The notes under the pieces are model-generated. The model saw only the letters and a list, made by a program, of their open reading frames with translations, made no database searches and had not been told where the DNA came from. From Octopus vulgaris (lineage: Eukaryota), in NCBI GenBank assembly GCA_951406725.2, contig OX597830.1:34162001-34226000 (forward strand): 64,000 bases of DNA. The letters are read 5' to 3'. Shown here one piece after another: positions 1-14,019 of this stretch (within the stretch, counting starts at the first letter, position 1; each line of letters opens with the position of its first letter). A program made the translations under genes and the position numbers.

Positions 1-839
1 GATGGTGATGTGGGGGGGGCATGGGATGGGGGCAGATGGTGGTGGTGGTGGTGGTGGTGGTGGTGGTGGTGATGTTGGTGTCAGAGGAAATAAATATAAG
101 TTGTTGTTAATGGTTTTGAACATTTTTCCTCTCAAGGTTTTGGATAATCATTTTTGAAAGAATAAATAATAACCAAAATACATTTTGATTTGTGTGTGGG
201 TGAAGGGGTGGGGTGAGCGAGGCATACTGTATTGTGTGTATGTGTGTATGTGTATATGTGTATGTGTGTGTGTGTGCATAGAGAAGGGGAAAATGATAGA
301 AGGAAACGTGTGTTGTTACATATATATCTGTGTGTGTTTATAACCGTGTGTATATATACATATACATATACATGTATATGTAAATTTGTACTTATAACTA
401 TGAATGTGTATATATATATATATATATATGCATGCATGCATGTATGTATATATGCTGGTGAGTATAAGGTGCATATGTATGTATTAATATGCGTATTTAT
501 GCAGGAAATTGGCCTATTTATTAGAGCATATGGTTGAATGTTTTGATTGATTTGTTTTGTCACTCTGTACTTCAAGTTCAAATCTCACTGAAGTCAACAT
601 CATGTTTCACCCTTTGCTGCTCCCCTATTTAACAGTTCAGATGGGTAGATTGGCAAAATTTTTAAGGCATTGAGCAAAATGTCTATCCTTTTCAATATGT
701 CAGTTGCATTTTCGTGCGTTCTATGTTCAAATCTTGCCTCATGCCACTGGAAATTGTCATGACTGGATAGAATGCTTTCAAGACAGGTGTGCTTGATTGA
801 TACTTACAATGTACATCCATAAACATCATCATCATCACC

Positions 840-1110
840 ATCATTATTTTCATCATCATTTAATCTCCATTTTCCTCGCCGGCATGGGTTAGATGGTTCA
901 AGCAGACTTGGCTAGTTGATGAGCTGAACCAGCTTCTGGTCGTATTTAGCTTAGTTTCTATAGTTGGATGCCCTTCCTAATGCCAACCACTTGACAGTTT
1001 GTGCTGGATGCTTTTTATGTGGGCCGGAATGGGTGCTTTTTAGATGGTACCATCACCAGCGCTCTTCATGTGACCTGGCATGATTGCCTTTTACATGGTA
1101 CAAGCACAAA
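840..1110 (-). mobile_element. SINE-like repeat with AACCCATGCCAGCATGG...(ATG)n 3' tail (family D)
   Basis: Shares GGATGCCCTTCCTAATGCCAACCAC and the tail motif with copies near 12560-12745, 17970-18225, 18370-18600, 33360-33560, 36535-36700, 48020-48330 and 58840-59010. Confidence 0.7.
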
Positions 1111-1147
1111 TTGCATGACAGATTAAATATATACATATTCGTTCATT

Positions 1148-1305
1148 GGCATGGCTGTGTGCTTCAGAAATTTGCTTCCCAGTTAAGTGCTTCTGGGTTC
1201 AGTCCCACTGCATGGCACCTTGGGTAAGTGACTTCTACTATACTCTTGAGCAGACCAAAGCCTTGTGAATGGATCTGGTCGATGGAAACAGGAAGAAGCC
1301 CATCG

Positions 1306-1340
<35 letters not shown>

Positions 1341-1373
1341 ACATCCTCTTCCAAGTAAATTTCATCCATCCAT

Positions 1374-1429
<56 letters not shown>

Positions 1430-1640
1430 GTGTGTGTATGTTTGTACCTCCAGCATCACTTGACAACCGATACTGGTACATTTATGTCCCCGTAACTTAG
1501 TGGTTTGGCAAAAGAGACCAATTAAATAATTGCTAGTCTTACAAAGAATTAGCCCTGGGGGTTGATTTGTTCGACTAAAGGCGGTGCTCCAGCATGGCTG
1601 CAGTTAAATGACTGAAACAAGTAAAAGAATAAAAGAATAA
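1148..1640 (+). mobile_element. tRNA-derived SINE, family A (internal TA/CA microsatellite, GTAAAAGA-type tail)
   Basis: A-box-like TGGCTGTGTG, B-box-like GGTTCAGTCCC; body matches more than ten other copies in the window. Confidence 0.85.
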
Positions 1641-2569
1641 TAACCATTGATGAACCAAAGCTTTGTGAGAGAAGAACTTGATGCTACTTCTGTGAAGTGC
1701 TGCAACATGCAAATTACATCAGCAAATGCAAAAAAACAAAAGATTGGAATCAATGATTTCTGGATACTAACAAATGATTAGCAAACACCACTACCACCAC
1801 CACCACCATCATAATCACAACAACAACACCTCAGTGCTGGTAGTAATGATATATTAGCATTTATTATTATGTCACAGGCTGTAGCAGTTTCAAAGTTGCA
1901 CCTAGACCTTACTTATAACGACACAGGCCAGTGGTTTTAATGAGAAAGCTCAGATCAGTGTTGGATGTATTGAAACTGCTAAAAGGCATAGGCTGGAGGA
2001 CAGAGGTGGTGGGTGCAAGGGGAGTAAGCACACTCACTATAATTTAGGTGAGGGCCAATGAAAACACTTCAAACATCCTGGGTTGGGCCTGGGTTTGCAC
2101 CCCTTAAACAAATTTCATTCTGGCACTTATGCTAAGGGGATGCTTTTGGTGTCAGCAATCTTTACCAGTTTCGAAGCAAAGTTTTCTCGGAAGATTAGGA
2201 GCAAAATATACTGCTTTTATGATGGTGAACATTTCTTTACAACTATTGCATGATGTCAAGATGAGGAGACACAAACACACAAAGATACAAAGGATTTTCT
2301 GTCTCTGTGTAGCAATTTTTCTCACAAAACTTTAGTTGATTCATGGCTACAGTATAAGAACACTTTCTAGAATTGCCATTAGTAGGACTGAACCCACAAT
2401 CACTTACTTTGTAAGCAAACACCTTAAGCATATAGCCATGCTTATGAGTGAGCATGTGTATATTTAATTTGCATAAGGATGTACATTGTAAGCCTCAATC
2501 AAGCAGACTTGTCGTAAAACCATTCTATCCAGCCATGACAATCTCATCTATTTTATAATCACTACATTA

Positions 2570-2820
2570 TCCTTTCATTACCATAGTTTCTTATACAACA
2601 CACTATCCATATGTTTCAATTAATTTCACGAAGTAATTACGAATTTGGAAAGACTTAGTAAAATAACTAATTATCTGTTAAAATGATGTTTGGAATATAA
2701 TTTAACAAAAGAGTTTTACGTAAAACTATGATTGATGATTTTAATTTGAATACGAATACTTTAAAATATGCAGTTTTGTAGTTAAGTATATTGGACTGTT
2801 TCAGGAAGGCTGGTATGGTA
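2570..2820. mobile_element. Diverged piggyBac-type MITE copy
   Basis: Similar to the TTAA-flanked element at 42535-42755 (CCTTTCATTAC..., TTAGTAAAATAACT...); a second diverged copy lies at about 4935-5150. Confidence 0.55.
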
Positions 2821-3139
2821 AAAAATAATCCATTTTGAAGTACACACTATATTATCATCATCATCATCAGTCCTGTTTTAATGCCTATTTTTCAGTGTTT
2901 GCACTGTGGAAATTTTTCTACAGATAAATGCTCTTCATGTCACCGACCATTTCTTGTTTCCAAACAGGATGGTATTTCCTCAGTTCCTTCAGACATGAAC
3001 AGATCAATAGCCGGACATGTTTTCACAGAAGATTGAACACAAGCAACACCATTTTTAGTGTATAGTGACATTATGTACAATCAGTACATGAGGTCTAGCT
3101 ATTTATACATATATACACACATACATACATACATATTCT

Positions 3140-3343
3140 TTTATTCTTTTATTTCTTTCAGTCATTTGACTGAAGCCATGCTGGTGCACCATCTTTAGTA
3201 AAATAAATCGACTACAGGACTTATTCTTTGTAATCTTAGTACTTATTCTATCAGTCTCTTTTGCCAAACAACTAAGATATGGGGACATAAACACACCAAC
3301 ATCGGTTGTCACGCATTGGTGGAGAGACAAACACAGACACGCA

Positions 3344-3404
<61 letters not shown>

Positions 3405-3557
3405 GGCTTCTTTCAGTTTCTGTCCACCAAATCCACTCACAAGGCTTTGGATGGCCTGAAGCTATAGTAGAAAACACTTGCCGAAGGTGCCACGCAGTGG
3501 GACTAAACCCAAAACCATGTTGTTGGTAAGCACTTATCACACCGCTACGTCTGCACC

Positions 3558-3558
<1 letters not shown>
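3140..3558 (-). mobile_element. SINE family A
   Basis: Reverse-complement match to 32805-33180 over the full length. Confidence 0.85.
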
Positions 3559-3591
<33 letters not shown>

Positions 3592-3597
3592 AATTAC

Positions 3598-4407
3598 GAT
3601 GAATAAATTGTCATCTAAATTACGCAAAAATGAAAATAACACTGACATCTCATTTTAACAGATATATTTACCAAAATTACATTAAAATATTTTGAAATAC
3701 TAAAGAGCAAATTTATTCAATAAAATCGTCATTGGCTTCAACCATGGCATCCAGGCGACTTCGGGATTTCCTGCAACTCTTCTGGATAGTCTCTTTGTTT
3801 AAGTTGGTAAATGCTACCATAATCCTTGTCTACAGTTCATCTTTGGTGTTACAAGGAGTTATAAGGAGTCTCATTCAACTGCACCCCACACATAATAATC
3901 AAGGATGCTGCAGTCTGGGAAGTTAGGTCACCAGATGTTAGGGGTGGTGTGGTCGCAGAAATTGTCTGACAGCCATGATTGTGTGGCATGGTGCAGAGTC
4001 CTGTTGCCAGACATAGGGTGTTCCAGCAGCCACCCTCTTGACAGCACTACCTCATCCAGACACTTGATGTACACCTCTGCATTGAATGAGGCATAATGTC
4101 ACTATCATGAGCAATCACTCCAAACACCATGATGTTTACTGGATATTTGATTTATATCATTCTCGGCACAAGTCCTCAGACTGACACCCAAACGGTCTGT
4201 ATTGAAATGTCTGTATTGATGCTTCCAGCATGAATGCCAGGCAGTACACAATGGCTTTTCCAAATTTATAGTAGAGTGAATTGCATTCTTCTCACAGACG
4301 ATGCCCAACTGACCCTACTATACCGTGCAATTGATAAAATTAAAATTGAACAATGCGCAAGAGCGAAATTAGAAATATAAAATGGTGACAATTTACTCAT
4401 CACACCC

Positions 4408-4408
<1 letters not shown>
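3598..4408 (-). mobile_element. Internally deleted Tc1/mariner transposon, maT/DD37D-like
   Basis: Minus strand translates with breaks to IMVFGVI...PYVWQQDSAPCHT...IW*PNFPDCSILDYYVWGAVE...RLDAMVEANDDFIE*; imperfect TIRs GATGAATAAATTGTCATC (3598) and GGTGACAATTTACTCATC (about 4384-4401); sits between TA/CA tracts. Confidence 0.8.
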
Positions 4409-4439
<31 letters not shown>

Positions 4440-4686
4440 TACATGCATAAATACATACATATACATGTATCAAAATACATGTACATAAATGTGTGTGTCT
4501 GTATTTATCTATCTATTTATTTACATATATATATCTATATATATAAAATATTAGAAAAAAACCCACCTTTTATAAATTTAGTATTTCTAAAAGTTTGGAT
4601 TTTATTCCCTCAAATATTAATTATATATATATATATGTATGTATATATATATGTATATATATAAAATATATATATTTATTCCTCAA

Positions 4687-4737
<51 letters not shown>

Positions 4738-5475
4738 TACATACATACATACATATATATCTATCTCTCTATATATATATCTGTATGCAACATATGTGTG
4801 TGCATACATGTGTTTATATATGTATACACATATGAATAAAATTATGTATATTTGATTCGTGTTTGGATGTATGTTGTAAAACTTGATCAAGCAGACTTCT
4901 TGTAATTATAAACACTACATTATCCCAGGAGTCACTTCATTACCATATTTTCTTATAAAATGTGCTGCCCATATGTTTCGATTAATTCTGAAAAGTAATT
5001 ATGAATTTCGAAAGATTTAGTAAAATAACTAATTATCTATTAAAATGATGTTTGGAATATAATTTAACAAAAGAAATTATGATAGATGATTTTAATTTAA
5101 ATATGAATTGGCAGTTTGTAGTTTAGTATTCTGGACTGTATCAGGAAACTGAAGAAGAAAATGCTATACATTTTCATAAACAGACTTATACATACTTTAG
5201 GTGCATTCAAATTGTATTTGACGGTTCTTTTTTCTTGACAAAACTAATGCCACATGGGCAAAATCCTTTGAGGGAAATGTGACACTGCCTTTCCTGCACC
5301 TAAGCTCAATGCAGCTCTGGCAGAAGGTAATGGCGAACTTCTGCTGACTATTTTGCCATGAAACTGGGTAACCATCACCACCATTACTACCACCACCATC
5401 ATCATCATCATCATAAGTACTAATTAGATAATACTCCTAAAAAAATGGGTGAGATGTCTATGGGTGGATGATGGA

Positions 5476-5857
5476 AGCACTCCGTCGGTTACGACGATGA
5501 GGGTTCCGGTTGATCCGAATCAACAGAACAGCCTGCTCGTGAAATTAACGTGTCAGTGGCTGAGCACTCCACAGACACGTGCACCCTTAACGTAGTTCTC
5601 GGGGATATTCAGCGTGACACAGAGAGTGACAAGCCTGGCCCCTTGAAATACAGGTACAACAGAAACAGGAAGTAAGAATGAGAGAAAGTTGTGGTGAAAG
5701 AGTACAGCAGGGATCACCACCATCCCCTGTCGGAGCCTCGTGGAGCTTTCAGCTGTTTTCGCTCTATAAACACTCACAACGCCCGGTCTGGGAATTGAAA
5801 CCGCGATCCTATGACCGCGAGTCCGCTGCCCTAACCACTGGGCCATTGTGCCTCCAC
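5476..5857 (-). mobile_element. tRNA-Arg-like SINE, family C (resembles octopus OR-type SINEs)
   Basis: Head TGGCCCAGTGGTTAGGGCAGCGGACTCGCGGTC (anticodon-like TCG), B-box GGTTTCAATTCC; 11-bp target duplication CTATGGGTGGA at 5458-5468 and 5858-5868. Confidence 0.85.
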
Positions 5858-6300
5858 CTATGGGTGGAACACCTTGGATCAAAGGTCTGCATAATCAGTA
5901 TTAATCTGGGGGTTAAAGAAAACCAGCAGCAACAGCAATTCTGTTAACAACCAAAGCAACAACATACCCCAGCATCGTCACAACTGTCAACAGTTACATT
6001 AATAACAACATCAATGCTTGCTTACTGGAATTACAAACAGCAACAGCAACAAAAATAACAACAACAACAATATTTACCACAAAAGAACAACAATAAGAAA
6101 AAAATTCAGCATTAAAAAAGAGGGACATCGTAAGAGAATAAGACTGAAAACAACAGCTTGGAACCATGGAATCAAAGCAATTATTTCCAAAATATTTCCG
6201 TCAGAGGAACCTTCGGGCAAATTGCAGTAGTTGACGGGTTAATTGAATTCTCCAGGAATACTTGCTACACCTGCCCTACCCACAGTAGAAGTTCCATTAT

Positions 6301-6332
<32 letters not shown>

Positions 6333-6391
6333 CTTCTTCTTCTTCTTCTTCTTCTTCTTCTTCTTCTTCTTCTTCTTCTTCTTCTTCTTCT
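6301..6391. repeat. (TTG)n(TTC)n compound microsatellite
   Basis: Seen directly. Confidence 0.95.
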
Positions 6392-6584
6392 CCTACTACT
6401 ACCACCATCATTACAATCACACCAACAATATATAATATTATCCCTAGTATCACCACTAACATTTGCTATTTCACTAACACTTCTTCATTTTTAAGCCATC
6501 GAAAGCTTAACTTTGTTGATCGTTCTACATCGTCAATAAACCATAAAAAGACCAACTTCTCTAACACTATTATACATACCATTC

Positions 6585-7285
6585 CATTGGTTATGATGGT
6601 GAGGGCTCCAGTTGATCTGATTAACAGAACAGCCTGCTTATGAAATTAACGTGCAAGTGGCTGAGCACTCCACAGACACATGTACACTTAACCTGACACA
6701 GAATGTGACAAGACTGGCTCTTTGAAATACAGATACAACAGAAACAGGAAGAAAGTGTGAGAGAAAGTTGTGGTGAAAGAGTACATTAGGGGTTGCCACC
6801 ACACCCTGCTGAAGCCTCATGGAGCTTTAGGTGTTTTCACTGAATAAACACTCACAATGCTTGGTCTGGGAATCGAAACTGTGAACCTACAACCACGAGT
6901 CTGTTGGCCTAACCACTGGGCTATTGCACCTCTACTAAAAGGAGTGCTCTGTTGGTTATGATGACGAGGGTCCCAGCTGATATGATCAACGAAACAGTCT
7001 GCTCTTGAAATTAGCATGCAAGTGGCTGAGTACAGACACGTGTACCCTTAACGTATAGTTCTCAGGGAGATTCAGCGTGACACAGAATGTGACAAGGCTG
7101 GCCCTTTGTAATACATGTACAACAGAAACATGAAGAAAGAGTGAAAGTTACGGTGAAAGGGTACAACAGGGTTCACCACTACCCACTGCTGGAGCCTCAT
7201 GGGGCTTTAGGTGTCTAAGCTCAATAAACACTCACAAGTCCACACACCACAAGTCCACTGCCCTAACCACTGGCCCATTGCACCT
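6585..7285 (-). mobile_element. Two head-to-tail family C SINE copies
   Basis: Two successive matches (about 6585-6932 and 6940-7285) to 5476-5857. Confidence 0.8.
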
Positions 7286-7319
7286 ACATTCTAACACTAC
7301 TACATCACCACCAAGCCAC

Positions 7320-8150
7320 TGGCAACTGAAATTCACTAAGGATCTCAGATCATGAACACTTGACTTCACAAACACTTCTGTATAATCTTCAACAAATTAA
7401 AACTTCACTAGTAAAACTACATTATCATTAAACCACCAACAACTGAATCTCAATAATACATCCTCATCAATTAAACATCAACAGCTTAACTTTGATATTA
7501 CCCCATCATTCCTGAATCATCATGAGCTCAGTTTCACTAATACTACATGAATATCATTGAACCAACAATAGATTAAGTTCAGTGCCATCACTGAACCATT
7601 GATAACTTAACTTCTCCAACACTACAACATCCATGAACCATCAGCAACGCTATATTAGTAAACCACTGAGAGCTTAACTTCATTAATACTACTTCATTAT
7701 CCTCAAATCATCAGCAGCTTAACCTCATTTGTAAACCATCAAAAAGCTAAACTTCACTGATATTTATATAATATTCTACCATATAATATATAATATTCTA
7801 TCATACCTAAACTATCAACAGTTTAACTTCAGCAATACCTATTTCTTTACTACCCACAAGGGGCTAAATACAGAGTGGACAAACAAACGGATTAAGTCGA
7901 TTATATCGACCCCAGTGTGTAACTGGTACTTAATTTATCGACCCCGAAAGGATGAAAGGAAAAGTCGACCTCGGCGGAATTTGAACTCAGAACATAACGG
8001 CAGACGAAATACAGTTACGCATTTCGCCCGGCGTGCTAACGTTTCTGCCAGCTCGCCGCCTTAAATACTTCAGCAATACCACATCACTAAACAAGAGATA
8101 GCTTAACTTCACCAACCCTACTGGATCATTAAAAAAATATTAATAGTTTG
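7320..8150. repeat. Degenerate ~40-bp tandem repeat (approx. TTAACTTCACTAATACTACATTATCATTAAACCATCAACAGC)
   Basis: Recurrent TTAACTTCA and AACCATCAACAG motifs at ~40-nt spacing; more units at 6465-6580. Confidence 0.65.
7840..8066 (-). mobile_element. tRNA-derived SINE, family B (CCTTTCATCCTTTCGGGGTCGATAAA core)
   Basis: Head AAGGCGGCGAGCTGGCAGAAACGTTAGC, B-box GAGTTCAAATTCC; 14-bp target duplication ACTTCAGCAATACC at 7826-7839 and 8067-8080; other copies near 20505, 24655, 31460, 42966, 53745, 55480, 55735. Confidence 0.9.
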
Positions 8151-8936
8151 ACTTTTCCGTTGTTACTGTGTTATTATCGGAACTGCTATCTACATTACAG
8201 TACCCACAGTATCATTCATTCACCATATTTTGCTCAATCAAATTCAGCATAAACCATCATCATCGACTTCACTGTCACAATCACTACCTTCACCAACATC
8301 ATCACCACCATCATTATCTTCATCATCATCATCACAACATGAGCCTTCAAAAGTGCCTCTATATATGGTCACTTGATCTTTGAGAAAGCAGTCAAATCTC
8401 CCAAATATATCATTCAGTTTTCTGAAAGAAGAAATCCTTGATGCACAGAAAAAGATGAGATTTTTCCCAAATGGAATGTCTTTGACCATAGATCTATTGA
8501 ATCATGACTAAACAACAGCCGTGTCCTTATACCACAACCACTCCCAACCATACGGCCATGCTGGGGCATCACCTAGAACAATTTTAGTCGAAAGAATTAA
8601 TATTTTTTTCTTAAAAGCCTGTTGTTTATTCTGCTAATCTCTTTTGACAACTCACAAAATTACTGTATGTAAAATATACTTTTTTGACAGGCTTTTTCCA
8701 GTTTCTGTCTACCAAATCCACTCACAAGGCTTTGGTCTCCCTGAGTCTATAGCTGAAGATATTTTCCCAAGTGGAATTGAGCCTCAAACCTTGTGTTTGG
8801 GAAGCAAACTTATACCAAAACAACTACTACCTATTGAAACTCAATCTATTAGATTTAGCATTACAATTACATTAATATTTCCAATGATAGTGTAGCCACC
8901 ATAACAGTGATCTTCTGCTCATCGTCATCACCTTGT

Positions 8937-9545
8937 GACGGCACATGGCTCAGTGGTTAGAGCATCAGACTCACAATCATGAGGTAATGAGTTTGATTCC
9001 CGGACTGGGCTGTGTGTTGTGTTTTCGAGCAAGACACTTTGTTTCGCATAGCTCCAGTTCTCAGTTGTAGAAATGAGTTGCAACATCACTGGTGCAAAAC
9101 TGTGTCGGCCTTTGCCTTTCCCTTAGGCAGCATCAGTGGCTTGGAGAGAGGAGGCTGGTATGGAAGGGGAACTGCTGGTCTTCCATAAATGACCTTATCC
9201 AGACTTATGCCTTGGAGGGAAACTTTGTCATTGCAATCCCATGGTCATTCATGACCGAAAAGGGGTCTTTACTGTGTACATGAAGAAGGAAGGCTGGTAT
9301 GCATGGGCGACTGTTGGTCTTCCATAAACAACCTTGCCTGGACTTGTGCCTTGGAGGGTAACTTTCTAGGGGCAATCCCATGGTCAGTCATGACCAAAGG
9401 GGATCTTTACTCTTTATCCTGTGTACATGAAGGCTGGTATGAATGGGTGACTGTTGGTCTTCCATAAATAACCTTGCCTGGGCTTTTGCCTCGGAGGGTA
9501 ACATTCTAGGTGCAAACTCATGCTCATTCATGACCAAAAGCCAAA
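8937..9545 (+). mobile_element. tRNA-derived SINE with triplicated 3' module
   Basis: A-box TGGCTCAGTGG, B-box GAGTTTGATTCC; three ~135-bp copies of GGCTGGTATG...CATGACC. Confidence 0.75.
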
Positions 9546-10299
9546 GCCGGCCTTTCATCACCATCATCTCCTTCATTGGATCTCCATCTACATTTGTCAT
9601 TAATATCACCTCCACCATAACCACATCACCAATTTGTCAAAATTAACTTTAATACAGATGACCAACCACCACTGCTATCGTTATTATCACTAACTTCATT
9701 GCCCGCAGTAACAGTGGTGTCATCATCATCATCATTACAACTACAACCAACACTGGTGACTCCTATCACCAATATCAGCCTCAACACCAGCCCCTGTTCC
9801 TGATTAAATGTGTTCCAATCATGACCATCTCTTCTTTAAATTACAAATGTATGTTTTACATAGTGTTCTTCATATTTTGAATCAGTTGGATGCAATGTGA
9901 ATTGAGAATACATCGCAACATCTACGACAACAACACTCACAAGCGCTACAACCATCAACCTACTGTACAACCATCACCACAAGCATCACCACCACCAACA
10001 GCTACAACTACAATAAGAACAACAGGGATAGACACGCCACTCTCCATCACCAACTTTCTTCTGTATCTCAGACTAAATAAACATTATGAACATTCAGCAA
10101 TTTAATTTCACAACAAAATATTATTTTCGATGGCCACCAGCCCATCTGTGTCCCCTACACACACACACACACCACTACTTACAACTATCTCACCTCATTT
10201 ATACTCCACCTTGTTCCTTAAAATCTTTCCTACACCCTAATTTGAACCTTGCCCTGTTTTTAGATTTCATCAAAATAACAGTAAATTACAATATTGATG

Positions 10300-10330
<31 letters not shown>

Positions 10331-10752
10331 GGATTATTATTCTTATTATTATTACCATCATCGTCATCATTATTATGTTGAGGATGACGATGATGACGAT
10401 GATGGTAAAAATAAAAATAATAATAATAATAATAATTATAATAATAATAATAATAATAATAACAATAACAACAATAATTGTAATAATGCTAAAAGAGGTC
10501 CCTTCAGATTTTTAAGAGTTAAGACTTTGTTCAGAGAAGCTAATAAATATATATTGTTTTATGTTGGATATGCATCAATTTTGATTTTATATATGCACAC
10601 ACACACACAAACACTCACAAGTACATACATATATATATATATACACACATGTGTGAGTGTATACGTGTGTGTGTTTATTATATACACATATACATACTTG
10701 GAGTAAACTTCATTATTTTCACTTCAAGCAATTGGCTTTTACATATACATAC

Positions 10753-10801
<49 letters not shown>

Positions 10802-10813
10802 CATAAATACATA

Positions 10814-10869
<56 letters not shown>

Positions 10870-11331
10870 AAAATAGATAATGTAAAATTATATATGAATC
10901 CATGAACACACACACATACACACACATACATGCACATACACTCACACAAAGACATGCACATACATAATGAACCTACTTACTTTCCTTCTTTTTTTTTTTT
11001 AGTGTTTGATGTATTTTTGACATAGTATCTTATTATTTTTTTCTACTTCTCTATAATTTAAAATTTGTTAAGAATTCTCAAAGGGAAATTTTCCTAGAAT
11101 TTTCAGTGGTTGCAATTTATTTCCTATTCAAAAAGCCCTGTCTTCTGTTTTAATGCCAGCTAGGAGAAAATGGCATAGAACAGCCTCTGACAATATACAT
11201 ACTTACTTAATATTGGCAAAATGTTTCTACTCAGTAAAAAGGTTAATAAAAATAGCTGTTGAGATAAATGTAGAAAAACACATATAATATAATAAAAATA
11301 TATAAGTATGCAAACACACACACGCATACAG

Positions 11332-11362
<31 letters not shown>

Positions 11363-11679
11363 ATATATAAGTGTGTGTATGTATTTATTAATATAATGAA
11401 ATATACAGAAATAATGAACGAATACTTCAACCTAAATATATAAAGTTACATGTATCTATGCACATTCTGTCTATGCTATTGCACATTATCATGCATATGC
11501 ATGTGTTTAGCATGACAGAGGCACAAGTATTGGTGTGTGGTTCAGAAGATTGCTTCGAAACCATGGTTCAATCCCTCAGTGCAGCACCTTGGACATGGCA
11601 TCATCTAGTTTAGCCCTAGGCTGACAATTACCGCATGATTCAATTTACAAGTAGAAACGGCAGGAAGCCTATGCAGTAG

Positions 11680-11739
<60 letters not shown>

Positions 11740-12096
11740 TATATATTTATTTCTCGAAAAGATGTTATAATACGATTTCACAGTCATACCAACATATATA
11801 TACATAATACATACATACATACATACATATATATATGTGTTTGTGTGTGTATAAGTATATATACTCTTTTACTCTTTTACTTGTTTCAATCATTTGACTG
11901 CGGCCATGCTGGAGCAACGCCTTTAGTTGAACAATTCAACCTCAGGACTTATTCTTTGTAAGCCTAATACTTATTCTATTGGTCTCTTTTGCTGAACCGC
12001 TAAGTTACGGGGATATAAACACACCAGCATCGGTTGTCAAGTGATGCTGTGGGGACAAACAGACACACAAGCATATATACACACTTACATATATTA

Positions 12097-12340
12097 TGAC
12101 TGTAACAACTTGTGTGGCATTATTCTGTTATCCATATTTGGTAAAGTTCTTTGCAGTGTTCTCCTGAATAGATTAAAGATAGAAATTGATGCTGTGTTGA
12201 AAGAGGAGCAGGAAAGTTTTTGTAATAGCAGTTCCTATGATGAACAGATCTTCATGATACAGAATGCAACTGAACAGAGCAAAGAACATAGATTGCTGCT
12301 ACTTAACTGACAGAAATATATCAATACTTAAGTATCCCCC
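12097..12340 (+). pseudogene. LINE reverse transcriptase fragment (RTE-like)
   Basis: DCNNLCGIILLSIFGKVLCSVLLNRLK...LKEEQESF...DEQIF matches the NYRGITLLS...REEQAGFR...DQIF pattern of RTE-clade RT. Confidence 0.8.
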
Positions 12341-13304
12341 TCGTAATCACTGTCTTAATGGATTTTAAAGATTTTCATGTTTATGCTTGCATTTAGCAGT
12401 CAAATTCAGATTCATTAAAGTTGATATCCTGTAGCTGGATGCTCTTCTGGTCACCAACCCTCATCTGTTTCCAAGTGATTTTCACAGAGCTGGAGAAAGA
12501 CTCTTCAAATACGAGCATCTCAGTAGCCAGACATGTCTCATGGGAGATTGCAAGCAAGCGACAAGTGCCAGTGCCACGTTAAGAGCACTCAGCGCACATG
12601 GTAAAGTGGTTGGCATTAGGAAGGGCATCTGGCCATAGAAACCAAATCAAGTCAGACCGGAACCTGGTGTTGGTCTCCTGCTAACCAGCTCTAGTTAAGA
12701 GTGTTCAACCCATGCCAGCATGGAAAACAGACGTTAAAGGATGATAATGATGCTGACGAAAATGCTAGCAGTTATGATGATGACGATGGTGATGGTGGTG
12801 GCGGTGGCAGTGGTGGTGATGACGACGATGTTCACACTATGTATGCATGTACACAAATAGACTATGATGGCGGTATTTGTTTGCTATTGGTATGGGTTGT
12901 GAGTTTGTGCATGTAATGGTCTTCGATAAATTTAGTTTGCTGCACTTGTCTATGTACTTACTCATGCTGCATTATGTGTGACACATTTTTAGTCCTATAC
13001 TTACATGAACACGCACTCATACTCATGCACACACTTGTACTCACGTAAAAGTAGTCTCTTTGTGTGATAGTTTCAAATATGGCCGACAGACCAAATTAAA
13101 GTCAGTGCAGTCATTTTGTTTCCCCAAATTCAATCACGAGGGTTGTGCAAAGACTTTGAATATATACAGAAACAAGCACCATTGCTTAATGACATTTTTC
13201 AAATTACAAATCTTTGGTCTATTTGTGTACATGCATACATATATAATACATACATATACACATACATACATACATACATACATACATACATAGATCTCTC
13301 TTTT

Positions 13305-13523
13305 ATTCTTTTACTTGTTTCAGTCATTTGACTGCAACCATGCTGGAGCACTTCCTTTAGTGGAGCAAATCGACCCCAGGACTTATTTTTGGAAGCCCAG
13401 TACTTATTTTATCGGGCTCTTTTGCTGAATCGCTAAGTTATGGAGACATAAACACACCAACATCGGTTGTCAAGCGATGTTAGGGGGACAAACAAAGACA
13501 CACAAGCATATACATACGCATAC

Positions 13524-13573
<50 letters not shown>

Positions 13574-13735
13574 GACAGGCTTCTCTTAGTTTCTGTCTAC
13601 CAAATCCACTCACAACGCTTTGGTCAGCCCGAGGCTATAGTAGAAGATACTTGCCCAAGGTGCCACACAATGGGAATGAACTCAGAACCATGTGGTTGGT
13701 ACAAAAGCTACTTACCACACTGCTACTCCTTACTA
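13305..13735 (-). mobile_element. SINE family A
   Basis: Full-length reverse match to family A. Confidence 0.85.
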
Positions 13736-13848
13736 TGCATGTACATATATGAGAATGTGCATGCAAGCAAGATGCAAGCACATGTGTGTTTGTGTGTATA
13801 GATATATGACAATGATGATGATGAGGATACATATATATACATACACAT

Positions 13849-13879
<31 letters not shown>

Positions 13880-14019
13880 GGTGCATGAGTGGCTGTGTTG
13901 TAAGTAGCTTGCTCAACAACCATATGTTTCTGGGTTCATTGGAGGATTGAATAAAAAACTGAAACACTGGATGTTCAACCGATGGTGGAGCCTGGCCATG
14001 GTGTAATATAGAGTAGATC

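Noticed and set aside
5780-5857. Possible tRNA-Arg gene (and other tRNA-like heads)
   Set aside because: No proper acceptor stem; continues into a multi-copy SINE body with a target duplication
8345-8510. Short open stretch SLRKQSNLPNISFSFLKEEILDAQKKMRFFPNG
   Set aside because: No splice signals or recognisable motif
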